In this document: one piece after another, positions 44,201 through 64,000 of the stretch
How the letters are laid out: every line of letters begins with the position of its first letter
Numbering within the stretch: position 1 is the stretch's first letter
From: the human T2T-CHM13v2.0 reference genome, Homo sapiens
Assembly (NCBI RefSeq): GCF_009914755.1
Contig: NC_060925.1
Reading direction: 5' to 3' (one strand)
Length of the DNA: 64,000 bases
Notes under the pieces: generated by a model
Told to the model about the DNA's origin: nothing
What the model saw: the letters and a program-made list of their open reading frames with translations, nothing else
The model's database searches: none
Program-made: the position numbers and the translations under genes

Positions 44201-45155
44201 CTCCAACTCAAAAAGCAACCCTGATGTCTTCCCACCTCCCCCTTGCCCAGGGATCCTCTTTCCACTTCACCTCACCGCTCTTGCCCAGATGAGAGACAGG
44301 TTTTACCCTTGAACGGCCATGTCAGGAACATTGTGCACTTATGGGAAGCCAGGCCTAACTGGGTGGGTGTTCTAAGTCTGCTAAGTCTTAAGGGTGTGGA
44401 AGAGCCTCAAGAAATTATACTAACATCAATATAAGTATCTGCTTCTCTATGAATCCCTTATTCAAAATCTTTCTCAGCCCACCTGGGGAGATTTAAGAAA
44501 CCCTCACCAATGCTCACATATCTCTAATCAGTGATTCAGGGGATGTATCAATTCTCTAAATTTTTTCCAGATTTTTCCTAGAATTTATTTGTTCACCATT
44601 TATGCCCAGATTCTAGAAAAGTGTTTTGCATACATTTGGTGGTTAGTAAATTTTTTTTTGAATGATTTAGATGTTATAAGGAAAGAGCAACCTTTTTTTA
44701 CAATTAAAAGCCAGGCTGGCTTGACACAATAGCTTTATTTATCTCCTGAATATGGAGCTACTTTCTCTTCTCAGTTGCAGGGATCCAGAGCCAACTGCAC
44801 CCCACCTCCACACTTCCACTCCCACAGTTCTCTTCACCTCTAGGTGAAGCTTAGAGCCTCTCCCAAGCCCACTAGTCTGCTCTTACTGCTGTATGTTTCA
44901 GGTTGCACGGCTCCAGCTCAGCCCATTGAGCCAATAACTGCTGCTCCCAGTGGCAGCGGGAACGGGAGCGGGAGTAGCAGCTCTGGAGGCAGCTCGGGAG
45001 GCAGTGGATTCTGTGCTGGCAGAGCCAACGGCCTCTACCCCGTGGCAAATAACAGAAATGCCTTCTGGCACTGCGTGAATGGAGTCACGTACCAGCAGAA
45101 CTGCCAGGCCGGGCTTGTCTTCGACACCAGCTGTGATTGCTGCAACTGGGCATAA
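35187..45155 (+). CDS. CHIA: Acidic mammalian chitinase (AMCase), GH18 plus CBM14, 476 aa, 11 coding exons
   Basis: join(35187-35211,36408-36437,36909-37110,39259-39315,39989-40154,42370-42494,42675-42798,43182-43367,43809-43928,44016-44157,44902-45155) = 1431 nt, open. [24 protein letters not shown]...CDCCNWA; D136-D138-E140 at 40080-40094. Confidence 0.97.
36408..36437 (+). CDS. CHIA: CHIA coding exon 2
   Basis: [10 protein letters not shown], polypyrimidine-ccag acceptor, gtaagt donor. Confidence 0.93.
36909..37110 (+). CDS. CHIA: CHIA coding exon 3
   Basis: [45 protein letters not shown]... Confidence 0.96.
37235..38535 (-). mobile_element. L1MA 3' fragment in the CHIA intron after coding exon 3
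   Basis: Antisense L1 3' UTR/ORF2 (gattccacttataagtgagatcatg, tcccaccaacagtg). Confidence 0.85.
39259..39315 (+). CDS. CHIA: CHIA coding exon 4
   Basis: [18 protein letters not shown]. Confidence 0.96.
39989..40154 (+). CDS. CHIA: CHIA coding exon 5 (catalytic motif)
   Basis: [21 protein letters not shown]. Confidence 0.96.
40600..41400 (-). mobile_element. L2 fragment, preceded by a MIR at about 40330-40570
   Basis: ttttacagatgaggaaactaaag (MIR core); aggaggttattgcagtaaatcaag (L2). Confidence 0.6.
42370..42494 (+). CDS. CHIA: CHIA coding exon 6
   Basis: [24 protein letters not shown]. Confidence 0.96.
42675..42798 (+). CDS. CHIA: CHIA coding exon 7
   Basis: [18 protein letters not shown]. 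Confidence 0.96.
43182..43367 (+). CDS. CHIA: CHIA coding exon 8
   Basis: [26 protein letters not shown]...WAYYE, 186 nt. Confidence 0.96.
43809..43928 (+). CDS. CHIA: CHIA coding exon 9
   Basis: [40 protein letters not shown]. Confidence 0.96.
44016..44157 (+). CDS. CHIA: CHIA coding exon 10
   Basis: [36 protein letters not shown]. Confidence 0.96.
44902..45155 (+). CDS. CHIA: CHIA coding exon 11 (linker plus CBM14)
   Basis: SGSG linker, [11 protein letters not shown]...CDCCNWA-TAA. Confidence 0.96.
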
Positions 45156-45230
45156 ACCTGACCTGGTCTATATTCCCTAGAGTTCCAGTCTCTTTTGCTT
45201 AGGACATGTTGCCCCTACCTAAAGTCCTGC

Positions 45231-45236
45231 AATAAA
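45231..45236 (+). terminator. CHIA polyadenylation signal
   Basis: AATAAA about 76 nt after TAA. Confidence 0.85.
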
Positions 45237-45982
45237 ATCAGCAGTCAAAACATGACTGTCCTTGCTTTTAAGTGATTTGGGTGGAAACCTCTTCCAGATA
45301 TGAAAATAGGGGCTATGCATGGGGGTGGAGTGGTGGAGTAGAGTGTGAGAGGAAGTGGTGGAGCTAACAGCGCCACAGTCTTCTATCTGCCTGTGTTCAT
45401 CTGCATGAAGGTTGGAAGCTGTAAGGAGGAAATGTCTGAATGTTTGGTGCATGGGAGGGATGAGGATATGAAGAGGATAGGTCTGTCACCAGGCAATTTT
45501 CCTCAGGAAGGAGCTGAGGTGCTTCTGTAAGACTGGGGGACATAAGCAGTGCTGCCTGGCTTGCTCAAGGAGTGGAAGACTGGGACATCCTCTCCACTTC
45601 TACTGAAGTGGACTGGCAGCTTCGGGAAGATTTGTGCAGTAGACTCCATTTAGGGTTTCTGCCTAGCCCATGGGCCAGCCAGGCTCCCTTTCTCAGGAGA
45701 TGACACCTACCATTGGAATCGTAGTGGTGGCCACCAGCTGCTGTGCTTGTATGCATACCCCCTCCCATGGCTTGGCTGATAGACTGGGATAGACATCAGG
45801 CTCAAGAGGGCCAATAAGATTATCACACCTCAGAATTTGCAGCTCGGAACAAGGAATTGCCTGTCATCACTCGTGTGGGTGGGTCTGCAATATGTAAGCT
45901 CAGGAGCTGTAGCGAGGGACTAGGGGGAAGGAAAAGTTGTCCTACATGCAGAGCTGAGCTACAGACAAAAGCCAGGATGTGA

Positions 45983-46345
<363 letters not shown>

Positions 46346-48521
46346 TAGCTTTCTAGCTCTTGATTATAGTTCCTTCCTGAGGCCCAGATGCACTTTTGCC
46401 TATGGATTTTGTGAAATATCCCTATAATTACATAATAAATTCCTCTTTGCTGCTTAAGCTGACTAAAGTTTGCTTCTTTTACATGCAAATGAAAGAAACC
46501 TAAATAATGTAATGAGAATATAAGGGCTCATTTCTTTTTTCTGGCATTCTTACTATGTGTCAAACTGTTCTAAGTGTTTTACATGTATTTTCCTATTTAG
46601 TTTTCCTAGCAACTTTATGAGGTGGATAACGTTAACTCCAGGAAACTGAAGTAGAGATGAATTAATTAACCTGCCCCAAATCACACAGCTAGGTAGTTGC
46701 AGAGCCAGATACATAGCCAGGTGGACTGGCCCCAGAGCTCACAGTCTTATCTACTATGTTTTACTTACCTCCCTTGACACACACCACATTGTTCTCATGG
46801 GAGATGACAACACTGGTGGCAGTGATGAGGTGCACACCACTCTCTGGGCAACATCATTCATTCATAAACTCACACCATTTATTGATTATTATGTGTCAGG
46901 TGATATTCTAGGTACTGAAGACATAGTGGTAAATAAGACATACTCTACTCTCATGGGGATTATATTTTGCTAGTGGAAGTGTTAGATGATAAATAAGCAA
47001 ATGAACAAATGAGAAAAATAAAACAGTGATAGAAAGTGACCAAAAGAGGAGACTACTTTATTTGGAGCAATCCCAGAAGACTTCTCTGAGGAGGTCCTAT
47101 ACAAGATGGCCTTGACAGTCAAAAAGAGTTGTCTGTTTTGGGATCTGGGAAAAGTGTGTTTTGGGCAGAGGGACTAAGTACAAAGTCCTTGAGGTGGAAA
47201 TGAACATGGAGTGTTAGATACAAGAAGCCCAGTATGGCCATGAGATGGTGGGCACAGGGAAGAAATAGGCAGGGGTCAGATCATTCAAGGGCTTGAAACA
47301 TGGTTAGAAGTTTGTATTTTATTGTAAGTGGGCTGTGAAGCCACTGGAAAGTGATAATAGGGATGGGGTTGATGACAGGATCTAAATTCAACATTGATGA
47401 GATGAGGCTGGAATAGGATTAAAGAATATAGGAAAATGGCACTCATGGCGATGGTAGCCAATGGATTGACTGAGCACCTTTGTGACATGCCTTGAAGATT
47501 GAAGACAGAAGTGGGGGACTTGTGTCTTCAATGAGCAGAGGAAGGCAAGAGACAGTAAAAGTGGGTATCACTAGTAATGTCGTTATATTTCTAGTCAAAG
47601 AATGATGAAATCTGGAGTAAAATAGAGCATAGAAATTTTGGGGGTGGCTTTTGAAAGGAGTTTCCTATTTAGGTCACTACTAAAGTAAATAGCACTGAGG
47701 GGGGACATGGGGATGTGGGGCTCTGGAGTTAATGAAAAAATGACATGACATCAGCTGTTGGCTTTGAGGAAGAGCATCTTTGAACAACTTAGTGTCCAGT
47801 GGCTAAATCAAAGTGGTTTTCAAAACTAGCACCTTTTTCAATGCCACTATTTTCCCACAAAGATGAATTCTGCCACCATTTCTAGAACAGGGAAATTATT
47901 GCAGCCAAAACAAGTAGTGTCCCCTCCATTTTTCTTCCTATTTTTACATATTAATTGGTCATTCAAATGCATGTTTACTGTGCACCTACTATGTGCAAAA
48001 AGGCGGTGAGCATGAGCTAGCTCCCCTGACCACTCTGACCTCACCTCCAACAATTCTCACTCACTCCATTCCAACTATGTCATCTTCTTGCTGTTTCTCA
48101 AGTATTCCAGGCATGTGTTGCCTCAGGGCCTTCATACAAGCTAGAACACACTTTCCATAGATTTCCATTTGACTCTTTCCCTCACTTTCTTCAGGCTTTT
48201 CCTGGAAGTCACCTTCTCAGTGAGGTCTTTCCTGGCCACTCAACCTGATTTTGAAACCCCCTTTCTCTGCCTCTGCCTGCTGTGCTTCTTTTGCCCTTTC
48301 TTGACACTTGTCACTACCTGACCTACCATTCATTTAACGTATTTACCTTTTTTATCGTCTACCTCCCTCACTAGTATTAACCTCCATGAGGAAAGGCATT
48401 TCTGTTCACTGCAACATTCTCACTGCCTAGAACAAGGCCTGGCATATTATAAGAGAATAAATACTTGGTGAATTAATAAATGAATGTGGTAAAGGAAGTG
48501 AGATAGGAATTAACAAGCTGA

Positions 48522-49075
48522 CCCCTCACGTCAGGTGGTGTGTGGTCCATGGCAGACTTCTCTCAGCAGACACAAAGGGTTGGGTAGGCCTGCAGTTTCA
48601 TGCAGGTCAGTCCTGGGTGCCTACCACTCACAGGAGGATGAATTCTCTCTTCTTGTTACCTGCCTGCAATTTCCCATCCCCAGGCATGGAAGATAACATG
48701 TTATGCCCCGACTGTGCTAAGAGGAATAAGAAGATGATAAAAAGATTAATAACAATAGAGAAGTAGCAGCAACCCGTTTGAATACAATGTAAGAGACCAG
48801 AATATGCCACCTCAAAATAAGTATTATTTTGATTTGAAGGCAACTGAAAAGAGTCACATGCAAGAGAAATTCTCTGCCTTCCCACTATAGTCTAAAAAAC
48901 AGGACATAAATTTATAAAAGTCTCTTGTCCATTCTCTACCAGGAAGGACAAATGGTGGTGAGCCTGTAGATGACTTGCATCCCAATCATTGCTGTGCGGT
49001 GTCCTGACCATATTTGGTGTCTCCTGATGCCTTCTGTACTGATTTATTAAACATTTAGCTGTACGGGAAAAGAAA
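48522..49075 (+). pseudogene. 5'-truncated processed pseudogene of DPPA2 (C-terminal domain plus 3' UTR)
   Basis: 48530-48766 encodes [31 protein letters not shown]...[16 protein letters not shown]...EK-stop (DPPA2/4 C-terminal domain). ATTAAA at 49046, A-rich tail, TSD AACAAGCTGA at 48512-48521 and 49076-49085. Confidence 0.88.
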
Positions 49076-50709
49076 AACAAGCTGAATATTTCAAGCATCA
49101 GGCAATGTACTTTATATAGGTTATCTCCTACTTAGTGAGTATTGTCCCCAGGTTTCAGGGTGAGGAAATCAAGACCTTGTGAGGATAAGCAACTTGCCAA
49201 GGATCACAGAGCTGGTAATTAGTGGACCTCATTCTCAAAAATTAGGCCTCTCTGGCTCTCTTTAAACCACAATGCTGCCTTGCACAAATCAATGTCACAA
49301 TGACTTGAAGAGGGACTTCCAGAGTGGGGCTGTTGCTTAGCAGCCAGTCTTAGTTACACCCTTCATTTTCTTGGTTAAAGTCCCCATGTGAGAGTGGCAA
49401 CTCATGGAAATAATACATGAGAGATCCAGGCTTACTGGAAGTTCCCCTGAGGACCTGTTCTTGCCCAGAACGACTGAGGAATCCAGAAGGTCCATGCTAT
49501 CTTCTCTACCTGGGAGCTTGAGAGGCAACAAAACCATATCATGGATCAGACAGCCATACATCTGGAACTTTGGTAATGGTAATCATGTTCTTGGACTCTA
49601 GTAGATGTATGAAAACTCATCCTTTTAGCATTGGAGTCTAACTGGAAAGAAGTAGAATATTCACAAGGTCTCTGATTACACAAGTTCTCTGATTCTGGAT
49701 GGAGGCAGAGAGAGTGTTCCACTCACCAAATTATTTGTTTCAGCAAGGGCCAGCTCCCATCTTAATAAACCTGCACTGTTTCTTCATTTGCACAAAGATA
49801 CCATTGGAGCCAGCTGCAGCCCTGGGCATGGAGGTGGTAAAGTGGAAGTGCCTTAATATTTGTTAAATACCAAATATAGGTTAGTCCCTCACTGTATACG
49901 ATTTGTCCTTGTGTTAGCTCTGAAATTCTTATGGCATCCTTAGGAGGAAAGAAATGATTCATGCCATTTTATAGATAAACCAAGGCTTAGGAAGTTTAAG
50001 TAACTTCCACAAGGTCACATAGTTAGTCAATGACAGACTAATACTTATTGAAAGCCAGTGCTGAGAAATTTCAAAGCCTTTATTCATTCCTCTACCATCA
50101 GATGGTAGATGTAGGTTTTAAGAAAGTCTGGAAGATAGTATGTAGAAATTATATTTTCCTCCTCTCTTTCTCTCTTCTCCAGAATAGAGATCTCTATTCT
50201 CTTGGACAGGGATTCTCAATCCTGCTTTGAGTGGTAGATTATTTTATAACACTCTATTTATTATCCTAAAATTAGAATTAATTCATGGATAACATAACCT
50301 ACTACATATAATTTCACAAACAACTTGGTATAATGCCCTAACTATAAAGTAAAGGAGAAAAAATAATTTCTAACAAAATAATATGGATTTCAGTACATAA
50401 ATGTTTAGATGTAACTACTTTAGAGACAAAGAAGTAGTCAGATTCTTGCACCATATGTTGTATAATGAATTAGTCCAGAATTAAGAGATCAGAAGTCCTT
50501 TCATACAAGCAGTTTAGGAAAATAAAAGAATAGAGTTATAAGTGGACACCAGAACAAAAACCAGTATTAGGAGAACTAATAACACTCCAGATTTACCAAT
50601 TTCTGATAGCAGAAAAAGGTAAATAGCTTTAGTTGAAATAGGAATAATACCTAGACAAATTACAAGCCATTGAAATGAAAAGAGGAAGAGAGTGTAAACA
50701 TGCTGTTTT

Positions 50710-58570
<7,861 letters not shown>

Positions 58571-58974
58571 CATAACCAGAAGTAGGCAATTCTGAGCTGG
58601 AAGGCCTGGTCTGTCATTCTCATTGCATATACAGTCCATCGTTGATCAAAATGTCTTTATGTGGTGTGTGACTGTATTAGTATAGAATTGATGATTTTTA
58701 CTTTCATTAATAGCTTAGGTAATATTAATATTTGTAGGTAATCACAGTGTTTTTTGAAAACAATGTTCACATTATTAGTGACATAAAGCATATTTCACAA
58801 AGTACCTTGAAAATATGGTAATCCTTTCTTGCATCGGTAAACTGGTTTGCTTCAGACTAATTCTCCAGCTGAGAACAGGTAGAAAAGGCTGGACGAAATA
58901 ACTAAAATATATATGTTTAACGATATCAAAGATATACCAAGAAAGAAAGAACATGCAAAGCCAAAATCTCAGAG

Positions 58975-59900
<926 letters not shown>

Positions 59901-59902
59901 AA

Positions 59903-64000
<4,098 letters not shown>

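Noticed and set aside
49337-49601. Overlapping ORFs in unique-looking sequence, considered as a further chitinase remnant
   Set aside because: No GH18 or CBM14 motif or other recognisable family in the frames examined.

Overview
Primate DNA, almost certainly the human 1p13.2 acidic chitinase locus, with no prokaryotic features. It holds two tandem + strand GH18 chitinase paralogs with the same 11-coding-exon layout. The upstream copy (4841-10823, CHIAP2-like) has a 1-nt deletion in exon 8 as its only visible frame-disrupting lesion. The downstream copy is intact CHIA/AMCase (35187-45155, 476 aa). Between them are an ERV remnant whose LTR appears to supply a non-coding first exon for CHIA, nested L1s and Alus. 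Downstream are a DPPA2 processed pseudogene with target-site duplications (TSDs) and more L1s. The CHIA allele differs from the reference as I recall it: D45/N47/M61 plus V339, S354, L377, G432 and a 10-bp CAATCTAGGC segment next to the TATA box. I found no wholly new biological system. The best leads are the LTR exon with a nearby inverted copy, gene-conversion tracts between the paralogs, in-frame exon-8 skipping in the pseudogene and the compound CHIA haplotype. Repeat subfamily names, reference alleles and literature links are from recall and were not checked by search.
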